NCBI RefSeq assembly: GCF_035084215.1
Contig: NC_090347.1
Span: 7,812,001-7,876,000, forward strand
Source: Heptranchias perlo
Lineage: Eukaryota
Direction: 5' to 3'
Length of the DNA stretch: 64,000 bases
Shown here: piece after piece, positions 1 through 11,924 of the stretch
How positions within the stretch are numbered: position 1 is the stretch's first letter
Layout of the letters: the number at the start of each line of letters is the position of its first letter
The notes under the pieces: model-generated
Told to the model about the DNA's origin: nothing
Database searches by the model: none
The model's input: only the letters and a program-made list of their open reading frames with translations
Translations under genes and position numbers: made by a program

Positions 1-363
1 CTGGTGGAGCGAGGAGGGACTGCACCCTGCCTGTGGACCTGTTCTTTTTGGAGCTAGTGGGCCTGCTGTACTTCACATCTTTCATCTGAATTTCAAACCT
101 GTTTAAATTTCAAATCTCATCGCTGGACTTTCCGTGTTTTTATCTCTCCCATTTTATTGCATTTTCCTTCGGCCTCCTACTGTCTCCGTGAGTCACGCAT
201 CCTTTGTTTCTTTTATCTCTTATTTATTTAATGCGTCTGTCTACTACTTGACTGAGGTGATCTGTTACATCATTTCACTACCTTTGTGTTTGTTTTTTTT
301 AATGTTTTTATTCCCTCCGCTCCCCCCTTTTTCTGATCCTTTTAATAAGTTTCTTAGTTTTGG

Positions 364-460
364 GTCCTGATGAAGGGTATAAACCCAAAATATCGACTAC
401 CTGTTCTCCCTACAGATGCTGACTGACCTGCTGTCTGCTTCTGCTTTTTTTACTGTTCTT
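364..460 (+). mobile_element. Penelope-like pseudo-LTR fragment (family A), degenerate hammerhead
   Basis: GTC-CTGATGA-A-GGGT-ataa-ACCC-AAAA then CTCCCTACAGATGCTGACTGACCTGCTG, homologous to the copy at 860-1001; the G of GAAA is lost. Confidence 0.6.
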
Positions 461-854
461 ATCTGTTAGATACTGATTGCCTTATCCCCATTTCCTGTTG
501 AAATTAGTGGCCCCCCTAAGTATACTGAACTTTTTCCGCACTTTACTTTCCCCCTCAATTAGTTTTCTTTCATGTCACGTTGAAGATAAGGCATGCTGTT
601 CCTGTAGCTTTAAATGTTTGCACTGATCTTTTCTTGATGGTGTCTGATACTTTGCAAAGAAGCAACCGTTTCAGAATTCAGCTGCATATCACGTGTACTC
701 GCACCATTATAAAAGTACTATACAGTATTGCTATTAAAAACCATGAATATGGATGTGGCAGTACAGTGTGAGCCAGTTGTGTAAAACCAGTTGTGAACTG
801 GTTATATCCTACACTGTTTTACCATAACTTTATTTCCCAGTCTGATGATGGACT

Positions 855-1001
855 CTGATGAGTTCTGATGAAAGGTTAACATTGACCTGAAACGTTAACT
901 CTGACTCTCTCCACAGTTGCAGCCTGACCTGGCGAGTGTTTCCGCATTTTCTGTTTTTATTTCAGATTTCCAGCATCCGCAGTATTTTGCTTTTGTTTTG
1001 C
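855..1001 (+). mobile_element. Penelope-like pseudo-LTR fragment (family A)
   Basis: Hammerhead motif plus CTCTCCACAG.TGC.GCCTGACCTG.CGAGT.TTTCC.GCATTTTCTGTTTTTATTTCAGATTTCCAGCATC tail that recurs in the window; possible TSD TGATGGACT at 846-854 and 1002-1010. Confidence 0.7.
860..901 (+). ncRNA. Minimal type I hammerhead ribozyme motif
   Basis: Stem I GAGTT(860-864)/AACTC(897-901), core CTGATGA, stem II AGGT/ACCT, GAA, palindromic ACGT stem III, cleavage-site T. Confidence 0.7.
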
Positions 1002-1838
1002 TGATGGACTAGCTAGAGCAATCTGTCAATTTCAGTTCAATTTCATCAATGTGAAATTAACATCCTGTAGTTTCTTTGTGCTCAGATTAGGACTATCAGC
1101 CAAGAGGCGATTTCAACAAGAGAGGACACAGAACGGGGCGTTTTACTACGTTAAAGGTGCTATATAAATGCAAGTTGTTGTTGTTTCATCAACTCGTGCA
1201 GAAGAGCAGTAATGGTGCTCACTGAAGGATTCAGGGCTTTGATGATTAATAAAGGATCCACAGCTTGTGATGGCTGAAACACAAATGGTGGTCTAATTGG
1301 CACCAGCTTAACGAGAAGGAGAAAGCAGTAGTTGACTGTCTGCCAAAAAACTGAGACACAGCTTAGATAACAAGCATGAGACAGGTGAAGGTGTCATTAC
1401 AATATCCACTCCAAAGGACTGCCTCATATTAGTTACACCGAGAATCACACCCCAGACAGGCTCATTTAAACATTTTAACACTAGTCCAATGTTTGAAAGC
1501 AACACTTTTCTATTAGACCAATGCCAGTATATTTCACAGAAGTGTAAGTGTGGTGTAAATGTAAGTGTAAGTCCAATTAATCAGTGAATATTCTATAATT
1601 ATTCTCTCCCCCTGGCTGTTTTCTTCCCCCCCCCCCCTTTTGATGATACTTGAGTAGGGTTCTGTGAGTGCTGGCAGCACTTGAGTGCCTCACCCACTTA
1701 ATCATTATTCATGTGTAAGCCCAGATCGTATATGTCCGCAAGTTATTTAACCATGAAAGGCATCACAGCCCTATCCTCAGCTGAAAGATGCAGGCACTTT
1801 CCTGTGCCAGCTGCTTACAGAGTACTTCTAAAGAAAAG

Positions 1839-1858
1839 GTGTGTGTGTGTGTGTGTGT
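1839..1858. repeat. (GT)n microsatellite
   Basis: About 10 consecutive GT units. Confidence 0.9.
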
Positions 1859-1986
1859 AATGCATAGTAACCTCATGTCTGATTCCTATTATACTGGTGG
1901 GGGAAGGGGGTTCTGAACTTCAGATCAGTGACTTTTCCCAGCCACTGCACCAGCCCGCTCATAGTTTTGCAGCCCTAATTTCAAAT

Positions 1987-2088
1987 CCTGACGAAAAGTC
2001 TTCGGCCTGAAACATTAACTCTGTTTCGTTCTCCACAAATGCTGCCTCACTTGCTGAGCTTTTCCAGCATTTTCTGATTTTATTTCAA
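1987..2088 (+). mobile_element. Penelope-like pseudo-LTR fragment (family A)
   Basis: CTGACGAAAAGTCTTCGGCCTGAAACATTAACTCTG...CTCCACAAATGCTGCCTCACTTGCTGAGCTTTCCAGCATTTTCTG. Confidence 0.65.
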
Positions 2089-2174
2089 ATCCTATGCTCA
2101 CTTTGGGGGTGAAATTTATCTGTGCAATATTTGTAATGCATTGGTTAGGGCTTCCTGTTCGCTGATTTTCAATG

Positions 2175-2335
2175 ACCATCACCTCATTGCTGTTTGGGGG
2201 ATCTTGCTATATAACTACAGTTTGCCTATATAACTACAGTTACTACACTTCTAAGTGACTCAGTGTATGTGAAGTGCTTTGAAACATTTATGAGATGTGA
2301 TAAGGCACTGTATAAACACAAGTCTTTCTTTCCTT
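2175..2335 (+). mobile_element. 3' part of SacSINE1-like SINE
   Basis: Similar to 46995-47162 (CATTGCTGTTTG..GGATCTTGCT...GAAGTGCTTTGA...TATAAACACAAGTCTTTC). Confidence 0.6.
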
Positions 2336-3934
2336 AACAAAGTCAGTAGTCAGTTTATTTTAAACAGCTTAATGACTGTTGAAATAGCAAACAGAGGAAC
2401 TTCACATGAACGCATTAACCAATGCAATATAAATATCACAGCAGAATTTCAGCCTCCAAGGTCTTTTACTGACTGTCTAATATTTTTGATCATACACTTA
2501 GGTGGGTTTTGCACATTATTTGGTTGGTCGTACACAATATATAATATGCGTTCTTTACATTGGAAATTACATTCTGCGGTACTATTGTTCAAACCCTTAG
2601 CCAGTCGCAATAAATTTTGCTGCCTGCTATTTTAACCCATTGGGTTAACTCCTCTGTGAAAACAGCAAAGAAATTGGTTATGAACACATAAAGCATTTGT
2701 AAAATAACACTGCTTAGTGTAATTCCCAGACTATTGCATATATTCTTATCCACATATATCTGGGATGTCTCTCAGTCAATTATAAAGCAGCAATGAATTG
2801 AAGGGCTTACATGACATTACAAACCATGAGAGCGCAGTTTGATAGATACCTACCCAGTTTTATTTACAGCATTTTGAGGATAGTGCATTTTTAGGTGCTT
2901 TTAACCTGTGTTGATGTGGAGAAGCAGGATGTCACTGGCTATTTCCAACAGCAAGCGTCTGGGGGTCATTATACCCTAAACCACCTGGCGGGAAACTGAC
3001 GCAATCGGGTGCAACGCCGGTTTTACACCCTGCCCCATTATACTCTACATTGAAGTCAGTGGTTAGTTTGTAATTATCCTCCTCTTTGTAATCCACTATC
3101 ACCATTATGTGACAATCGTTTAATACATTGAACATATTTTTAAAATTGTATACAGGGAGGGTCATGGTTGAAATTTTTGCAAAGAGTACTTTTCACTGTG
3201 CAAAAACATCAAAGCCTTTTGAAACTAATAAATATGGAAGACTATATTTGCAATTTTTATTCCTTTCACCTAAAGAAGCGGTATTCTACCCCTGCCTCTG
3301 CAATCTTTAATACAGACATATTGGATTCTAGCCTTGATTTGGATCTAATACAAACAGATTCTGACTTCTCCCTTATAACATTGTAAAAATTAATCTCATG
3401 CTGGATTTTACTTGATAGTGTTTTTATAAGGAAACGCAGAATTCTTTGGTAATTAAGTATACCAAATAAAAATGCCAGCAATAACATTACAGATAATAAT
3501 ACGTGTGTGTGAAAGTCATGTTATATTACTCCCATAATTCATCTGTCAGTTTTACATCATGAGAGACAGTAAAAATTATAATTGTGAATATAAAATAGCA
3601 GTAGGTGAAGGCAATTCCAAAACCATGATTTAAAACCCGGATTCTAATGATATTCATAAACCACTCGAGCCTCATAATTTTTTAGTTGGGATGTTGCATA
3701 AACTCTATTAGATTCCAGCCTAGTAACCATTCCATCATCCATTATTCTATATATAAACCATCTATACCCTTTGATTGGACAGCAACCTTGTGAATCCTCC
3801 CAAGTGTGCTTTATTCCGATTATGCACATACACCATCTGTCTTGTATCAGATTAGATAACAGCCTTGCAATCACCCCTTGTTTACCTTCAGCTTTCTAAA
3901 CCTTTCCGCTTATGATATTAAGGGTTCCATTGAC

Positions 3935-5192
3935 AGAGAGTGGCCCATTTAATACCCATTTTCAAAAAGGGAGACAGAGCTAATCTGGGTAATTTCAGGG
4001 CACATAGTTCAACACCTGCGTTAGGGAAAATTTTGGAATCTTTAATTAAAGATGAAATGACGAAACAGATGAAGAGAAAATAATTAGAAGCAGCCAACAC
4101 GGATTTCAGAAAGGAAGACCATGCTTGATAAACCTGATAAGCGTTCCCTGATGAGGTAACTGATGGTGGATGGGAAAATGCAGCGGCTGTGGTGTGCATA
4201 GACTGTCAGGAAGTCTTTGACAAGGTACCACACGGGAGACAATTGTGGAAGATTAAGGGCTATAGAATTAGGGGCAGGGTAGCAAAGTGGATTAAAAACG
4301 GGTTAGAACGAAGGAAACAGAGAGTAGGAGTAAAGGGCAATTTCCCAGAATGGTTTTAATTAGGCAGTGGCGTTCCAGACGGTTCTATTCTGGGATCACT
4401 TCTGTTCACTGCGTATACCAATAATTAGGATATAGGGCTAGAAGGAGTGGTGTCCAAATTTGCAAACGATTCTAAAATAAGCATAGTAAATAATTCTAAG
4501 GACCAAAGTGGCTGACAAAAAAGTGGCAGATGAAATTCAATGTCAGTAGATGTGAGATGGTACATTTTGCTAAAAAAATAGTAATAATTATACTTTGAAT
4601 GGGGGAAGAGCAGTGTGATTTGGGGTTCAGGTTCACAAAACATTAAAAGCAGCACCTCAAATGGTTAAGGCCATAAAAAAGTTAACGGAATATTGGGTTA
4701 TATAGCAAGAGGTATAGGATTTTAAAAATTGAGATGTAATGGTGAATCTATATAAAACCTTGGTAAAACCACAGTTGGAGTAGTGTGTGCAATTTTGGGC
4801 TCCACACCATAGGAAGGATGTTGAAGCAATAGAGAGGGAACAAGCGGATTTACTATAATGCTGGCTGGTATGAGGAAATACAAATATGAAGAAAGACTTG
4901 AAAAATTGGGTCTGTTTTCGAAGAGAGATTAAATAGATTTAGGTCAGAGAGCAGGAGAAATATTTTTTTACACAGAGGGATTCGAGGCTGTCTCTAATCA
5001 CTAATTCACTAACAGAATTAGTGTCAACATTTAAGAATAAGTTAGATAAGTGGTTGAAGGAAAGGGAATTAAGGTGATAAGGGAACAGAGCAGGCACATG
5101 GGATTCGGACTACTGCCCACAAACACCAACACGCACTTGTTGGCCTGAACGGTCTGATTCCGTATTGTAACTTTCATGTAATTCTATGTAAT
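3935..5192 (+). mobile_element. Degenerate CR1-type LINE (RT remnant plus 3' UTR)
   Basis: Decayed CR1 ORF2 motifs (PIFKKG, GFRKGRPCL.NL, AFDKVPH-like, KFAND.KI, YKTLVKPQLE) and ATTCTATGTA-type tail; many stops and frameshifts. Confidence 0.8.
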
Positions 5193-6184
5193 ATTCCTTT
5201 CTCAACTCTGGTATCTCTTCCCTCCTTTCAAAAGCAAAAACAGTCACAAAATGATGTGTGTGTAATCCCCCATTTCCCTGTCCACAGACCTGATCTCTCT
5301 CCTGACAGTAATAAACAGTCCAATGTCCCTCCGTACCCTTCTATTGTTCCTGATATACATTCACCAGCTGATTGTCATGCCACCACGTCATGAACTTAAA
5401 GTGAAGGGTTAACTTTAATTTGATGCGCATCAAATTAACTTTTTGGCATATGCGTGCTGGGTTGTTGGCCCGCCCTCACATGCGTCATCATCATTTCAAA
5501 CTGTTCATATCGATCAGACAATTGATTTCAAAAACAAACCAATCAGGCAAGGCAGGGAGAGAGGGGCCCACAGAAAAAGATTACAGAGGCATATCAAAAG
5601 GGTGATCAGAGCAGCAAAAAGAGAACTGAAATGAGTCTAGTTGCAGGTGTGGGTTTGGTTGTGATGACCCCCACGGTTGAATAGCTTGCTGTCATTCACT
5701 GTGAAGAATCACATTTGAAGAATGACACTATGACAAGGTTAGAGAGAGCAGTCGGCACCCATAAAAAGTACACCAACTGGAAAGGAAAGGGGCAGAATTG
5801 CAGGTGAGGAAAAATATGAGTTAGTTCAAATATCGAAATGCAGCAAATGTGTCTTAACGCCAGCCTCCAAAAAAACCACCTCTTCCATCAGTGTGACATT
5901 TCTATTACACTTCCATTTTCAATTGCTCACTATCCCAGTGGCCTATCTGAGGAAGATCACATTAACTTCGAGAACTGCTATGTGGTGCCTGCTCAAGGCT
6001 GGAATGAGACTGCCCACGCACAGATCACAACTGTCACAGAGAGACAATAATAGACATGTGGGGCAGGAGGGCGAAGGAGACAGCGCACAAGAACATTTCT
6101 TTACTGTGTTTTTAATTTTCACTCACTGATATGTCATCAACTAATTGGCTAATCAACTAATTGGAATATTATTTATAAAGATTA

Positions 6185-6350
6185 AAAAAAGAAAAGCACA
6201 CAGAGTCAATGCTGAAAATCCAGAACGAAAAATGAAAATAACTGGAAATAGGAACAAGTCACGCAGCATCGGAAAGAGGTTAAGGACTGGGATGGGATCC
6301 TATATTAGAAATGAGCTCTGCTAAAAGGTCCCATCCTAAATGTTAATCTT
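6185..6350. mobile_element. Old head-to-head pair of family A pseudo-LTR fragments
   Basis: 6185-6310 resembles the reverse complement of the family A tail; 6315-6348 resembles a decayed plus-strand hammerhead segment. Confidence 0.4.
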
Positions 6351-7202
6351 TATTCCTTCATTTGTTATTTGTAAGTATTAATAGTAAAGACATTTCTGGC
6401 GAGTATCACTTTTGCTGCTATCCATGGTCTGAAGCTAGAATGGTGCATGAGGTATGTTCCAGGTATTAAATGATTCCGTGAGACCTCCTGTCACTCTCAG
6501 TATAGTTAATTCGATGAAATCGGATAAAGGACTGCGCTCGTCGACAGGCGCTTGTCTCCCTTTGCCCTAAGGTGCCCCACACGCTCCTCTGGCTTTTATT
6601 GTCCCTTGGTCTGATCCTCAGATTATTTTCTTTAAATTCTATTTTATTAGATTCAAGTGTGGTGCAGAGCCATGTTTCCAGAAATAATAAGCAGAGCGCC
6701 GCAAGAAGCGCATGGAAGGATTTTGCAAAAAAAATGCATTCTCGGAAATCTCTAATAATTTTTCTTGTCACAGAAAACTAAAAATTATGTACATTACAAG
6801 TCCCAGGTTCTAACATACAGCGCAGACTTTATACATAAATCACAGTGTGCTGGGAACTGAGTGCACACATAGTTGCAGTGCAGGACAGTAATCTGTTGCT
6901 TATTTTGATATAAGATCAATTTGCTAAACAAATTAACATAAATAAAGAAATCCTGAATAATACTTTCATGTGATCCTGTGTGTATGTGAAAGAGACACAT
7001 TTGGATTAGGTACCACAAAACGACACTTTTGTGAACAAAAATATCATTTGTGCTTCCAGAGGAAGAAAGCTCCAATTCTCCCTTCACGGATGGATCCGCC
7101 TGGACGCTTTCCACAATTGTCTCTCACTGATATTAAATGACTTGAGCACGATTCATGTCGTTATTATTATTAGTTTTTTTCCTCCCTCTCTCTCTCTCTT
7201 AC

Positions 7203-7265
7203 CTTACGCAGGAAAGCCATTCGTGGCCGGTATTGCTGACCCTGATTGAAGCTCTTGATTGTCAT
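7203..7265 (-). CDS. RGS9: Regulator of G-protein signalling 9, coding exon 1
   Basis: Translates MTIKSFNQGQQYRPRMAFLRK then a phase-0 GTAAG donor (GT at 7202-7201); closely matches the human RGS9 N-terminus MTIRHQGQQYRPRMAFLQK as I recall it. Not in the supplied ORF track. Confidence 0.9.
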
Positions 7266-7279
7266 CTTGCCTTGTCTGA

Positions 7280-7445
7280 AGAGGCTCGGGTTTGAGAATG
7301 AATTGTATCGAAGTGCTGCTTGGCGGCGTGGGGTTGCGCGCGCAGACTCGCCCCCGCCGGCCGCGCGCCGCTCCCGGCTGCCAAGGCAACGGCGGCTCGA
7401 GCTCCGGGGCGATGGCAGCCCCGCACATGCGCAGACTTACGACCC
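7280..7445 (-). promoter_or_regulatory. RGS9: RGS9 CpG-island promoter / 5' UTR
   Basis: CpG-dense segment directly upstream of the ATG; X-box-like GCTGCCAAGGCAAC (7377-7390), GC-box-like runs, NRF1-like CACATGCGCA. Confidence 0.65.
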
Positions 7446-7464
7446 AAGCTCACTGGAGCTTCCC

Positions 7465-7606
7465 AGTTCTGAGCGAGGGTCAGCGACCTGACACGGTTAA
7501 CTCTGCATTTTCATTCTCCACGCAGGCTGCCCGGCTTGCTGAGTATTTCCAGCATTTTCCGTTTTTATTTCAGGTTTTCCAGCACCCGCGGTATTTTGCT
7601 TTTCGC
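7465..7606 (+). mobile_element. Penelope-like pseudo-LTR fragment (family A), CpG-rich, hammerhead core mutated
   Basis: AGTT-CTGAGCGA-GGGTCAGCGACCT-GACAC-GGTT-AACT plus full family A tail. Confidence 0.7.
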
Positions 7607-7710
7607 TTAGTGGAGAACTGTGACAAGGCAGGGGAGGTAAATGGGCACCATTCACCCAGCACTCCAGTCAATGGCAGTCGGGCTGTAAGACAGGCAGTCC
7701 TGCATTGAAG

Positions 7711-8258
7711 CTATTCCAATACTCTCCTGGCTGGCCTCCCACCTTGCACCCTCCGGAAACTTGACCTCATCCTCAAAAAAAAACTCTGCTGTCGGTATCC
7801 TAACTCGCACCAAGTCACTGTTCACCCATCACCCCTGTGCTCGATGACCGACGTTGGCTCCCTGTCGTGCAACGCCTCGATTTTAAAATTCTCATCCTTG
7901 TTTTCAAATCCCTCCATGGCCTGGCCCCTCCCTATCTCTGTAACCACCTGCATCCCTACAACCCTCCGAGATCTCTGCGCTCCTCCAATTCTGGCCTCTT
8001 GCGCATCACCAATTTTCATCATTCCATCATTGGCGGCCGTGCCTTCAACTGCCTAGACCCTAAGCTCTGGAATTCCCTCCCTAAACCTCTCCGCCTCTCT
8101 CTCCTCCTTTAAGTCGCTCCTTAAAACCTACCTCTTTGACCAAGCCTTTGGTCACCTGTCCTAATATCTCCTTATGTGGCTCGGTGTCAGATTTTATTTG
8201 ATAACGTTCCTGGGGGCATTTTACTACATTAAAGGCGCTATATAAATGCAAGTTGTTG
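7711..8258 (+). mobile_element. L2 LINE 3' end
   Basis: WLPVVQRLDFKILILVFKSLHGLAPPYL...GGRAF...P.LWNSLP is a typical L2 ORF2 C-terminus; ends ...GGCGCTATATAAATGCAAGTTGTTG. Confidence 0.85.
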
Positions 8259-8454
8259 AAGCTCTTTATATTCCTCAGTTCAGACATTGCACAGCGTCAG
8301 CACTCCCGAGCGCTTGAGATCCATTTGCGCGGCAACCGAAAGTACCCACACTATGTCAGTAATCACAGTGAATTAATAATTGTAGGTCTCAGACTATCCA
8401 TCAATTCTTTTGAATACTTACAATTGTCAAAATTTGTGACTTATCTGTTCTGAT

Positions 8455-9850
8455 GAAGGCAGGAGGAAAGTGTGGAGATAGGGTGGGGTGAAGCCATGGA
8501 GAGATTTACAGATCAGGACAAAGATTTAAACTTGAGATGTTGGGGGATGGGAAGCCAATGTAGGTCAGCAAAGACTGGAGTGATGGGTGAGAAGGGCTTT
8601 TTGTGGGTCAGGTTTGGAGTTTACAGAGGGTGGAAGATGGGAGGCGAACAAGGAGAGCGTTGGATTAGTCAAGTCGAAGTGATGGAAGCATGTATAAGGG
8701 CTCCAGCGGCAGAAGAGCTGAGGTCGGAGTGAAGGCGAGTGTTGTTGGAAGTAAATGGTTTTTGTGATGGTGAAAATATGGTTTCTGAAACTTAGCTTAA
8801 GGTTGTTCAGGTTTAGCCTGGGAAAGTGGCGAGGGAGAGGGATGGAATCAGTGGTGAGAGCTCCAATCAGTGGCAGGACCCAAGGATGGTGACTATGGTC
8901 TTCCCAATGTTGAGCTGGAGGAAGTCAAGGCTCATCCAAGACTGTCAGGGAAATAGTTTGATAGCATAGAAGCTACAGGTCATCGGTATATATTGTTAAA
9001 GCTGACCTCATGTCAGAGGATGATGACTCCGAGGGGCAACATGTTGATGAGGAAGAGCAGGGGCAAAGGATAGATCCTTGGGGCCTCTGGAAGTGGTGGT
9101 GCCAGAGTGGCAAGAGAAGGCGTTGCCGGAGATGCGTTAGCCATGTTTGGATAGGTAGAAGTGAAACCAAGCAAGGACAGTCCCATGGAGTTGGACAATG
9201 GCAGATGTGTATTAAATGAGGATATTGTAGTTTACTGTGGAGACATACACTGTGGAGATGCCAAGGAGGACAAGGAAGGATGTAGCACCATGGCCAGAGT
9301 CACAAAGAATGTAATCGTGGCTTTGGTGAGGGCCAATGTCGGTGCTGTGAGATGGGCAAAAACTGGACTGGAGGGATTCAAACAGAGAGTTACAAGAGGT
9401 GGATCTCATGGATCAGATGAGGTTGGAAAGGGCAGAGGGGAAGATGAGAGAGAAGCTAAAGGAAGATGGGATTTCAGGACCAGACTATAGGTATTGGGGA
9501 GGGACTGGGGCTTACGGCAAGTGGGAGAGGAGGACACAGTGAAGATAGCTGCGCAGTTGGTCTCATTCTTACACTTAGTGCTTGAGGTGAGGGTGGAGAA
9601 AGGGGCTTAAGGAGGTGGTTGGTCAGAGAAAAAAAGAGCTTAGGGTTATTCTTGTCCTCCAAGGTGATCCTGGAAAAATGATCAGTTTTGGCTAAGGACA
9701 GTGATGCATAATAGAACTGGTCAAGCCAGAACTGGCGATGGATGGTTAGGATAGCTGTGACCCAGGTATGACCAAGTTTACACCCCTCAAAGTTGAGGGA
9801 GCTATATCAATGAGTGCCATAGGGGTGGGAGAGAGTGATAGCTTTGTTGG
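8455..9850 (-). mobile_element. Degenerate L2 LINE
   Basis: Minus-strand remnants PQGSILCP, LFESLQSSFCPSHST, IY.DD, NNPKLFFS..NHLL; frameshifted. Confidence 0.7.
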
Positions 9851-9924
9851 GAAGAAGGGTTAAGCAACTGAAGGGTCAGAGGCAAAGGACTTGGGAATTA
9901 AGAGTGAAGCTGTAAGGGTCCTGA

Positions 9925-10042
9925 GGGAGAAAGGAATAGAAGGTTATGCTGATAGGGTTAGATGAAGTAGGGTGGAAGGAGGCTCATGTGGATCATGAAC
10001 ACTAGCACAGACCAGTTGGGCCAAATGGCCTGTTTCTGTGCT
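9925..10042 (+). mobile_element. CR1-type 3' end
   Basis: GGGCCAAATGGCCTGTTTCTGTGCTGTACATTCTATGTAATTCTA terminal stem-loop and short repeat. Confidence 0.7.
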
Positions 10043-10129
10043 GTACATTCTATGTAATTCTACTCGTCTGGCACATTCTCTTTTCTTGAGCACCTCACCT
10101 TCTTCCGTCCTTGACACCTTACATTTAAA

Positions 10130-10384
10130 ACCCTCATCACTTCCTTTACCCCACCATTGGCGGCTGTGCCTTCAGCTACCTAGGCCCTAAGCACTGGAAC
10201 CCCTTCCCTAAACATCTTCGCCTCTCCACCCCTCTCTCCTCCTTTAAGACCTAGCTCTTTGACCAAGACCTGTCCTAATGTCTCATTCTTTGGCTCAGTG
10301 TCAATTTATGTGTGGTTACACTCTGATGAAGCATCTTGGGATGTTTTACTACATTAAAGGTGCTATGAAATGTAAGTTGTTGTT
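10130..10384 (+). mobile_element. L2 LINE 3' end
   Basis: Homologous to 8005-8258. Confidence 0.75.
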
Positions 10385-10515
10385 CAGTTAGCCAACCTCA
10401 GCTGAGGCAGCAATTAGAGGTGTTGCAGTTGACCTCAATGCTGCTGGGCTATGGAGGGAAAAATGAGCCAGGTCTCCTGCCCCTGATTTTTATCCAGTGA
10501 GACCTGCTGGGAATT

Positions 10516-10670
10516 GCAGAGTTTCCTATCCCAGTGTACTGAGGTATTGGGTCACCTGGGCACAGTGAATACAGGAAAATCAGTTGGCTCCTCCCTGCCC
10601 GATTTTCCTGTATTCGCACCGCCCGGGTGATCTGCTAGCCCTATGCACAGGAAGAGGAAAATCTGCCCCC
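10516..10670. mobile_element. Small palindromic MITE-like element
   Basis: Outer inverted pair GCAGAGTTTCCT / AGGAAAATCTGC and inner ~33-bp imperfect hairpin at 10550-10632. Confidence 0.5.
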
Positions 10671-11924
10671 AAGTGAGGATAGAATTGGGTTCAGCTGTGA
10701 TTCCCCACACAGTGGAATAGCCTGCTGACACTCACTGTAGAGACTTGCAAATAAAGGATGATCACTTGGGCAAAGGATTGGAGAAACACAGGAAAAATGC
10801 ACAATTAGAGAACGTTCTGGTGAGCTGCCACATCTGTAAGAACTGTACGTATCCCAACATGAGTTCTTGCTTTTAGGAGAGGAAGGGAGAAAACCGGAAA
10901 AGAGCAAGCGTCAGAAAAATTATCTATTTGTTCTCAGCTTTGAGAAAAATGGCAGAGGTATAAAGACAAAACCCACGAGGCACTGGGGTCAACCTGGTGG
11001 TAATTGTTCAAACACCAGCACATAAACTGTTCAATTTATAAATTAATTATAGTACTTATCGCCAACTACAGGGTTCCCATATTCATAGGAGTTCCTGTGT
11101 TTTACAGGGGGAAAAAAACAACTGTAAACATAGACATGAAAGAAATCTGTCAATTGACAGAGAAGATAAAGTGTGGAAAATAAAAGGTGTGTCCTTGTGT
11201 TCTATGAATAATCCCATAATAAGTTGTAATGATTTTAACACTGAGATTTTGTACAATCCGTGAAGGATAATAGGCAGGATATGTTCACCCTCCATGGGAA
11301 TGTAACCAGGAAATATCAATTTTTAGCAGATGAGACCCAAGCAGAAATGGTTCCAGAGGAGTTAGTGACGTACACCAGGCGCAACTAATGAATTTCATAA
11401 TGGCAAAATGTCAAATTCAATGTCATTGTCCCTATGGGGTTCTAACAGTCATTCTACACAACGGGCAAAATCCAAGATAACGACTCAAATAATACGAAAC
11501 AGGAAAATAGTTCTTCTACAGAAAAATCTGGAATGTATGCAATTGCGTCTTTGAAACAATAAGCTTCAGATTATTCATTAGCAAATCCTTTAAAGTTATA
11601 TGAATGTGCCTGCATCGCTGTAACACTATTGTTTTATTCCATGAAATGCTTTCTAAACCGTTCTAGATTTCCATCACCTACCCACAGTCTAAATCACCAA
11701 TATTAACACCGCTCCCCATTAGTCTCTCCCTGGATGCCAATTCGGATTTGCAATTTCCCAGCTTTAGAAAAAAACTCACAGTGGAACTTGACCCTTGAGA
11801 GATTTGAACCAACAAATCCTGATTAAAAGTTCAACGTAGTATTTATTGCGCCACCGAGCTAACTGTATTGAGTATCCATAAAACAGTAACTGAGTGCAGC
11901 AGAAACCAGCTCACAGCACTAATT

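Noticed and set aside
1-7200. RGS9 exon 2 (IEALVKDMQ...-like DEP domain start)
   Set aside because: No matching spliceable exon seen by eye; probably outside the window, although a diverged short exon could have been missed
7204-7708. ORFs listed over the RGS9 CpG island
   Set aside because: GC-rich spurious frames; the real exon is in a different minus frame (7265-7203) and ends at a splice donor
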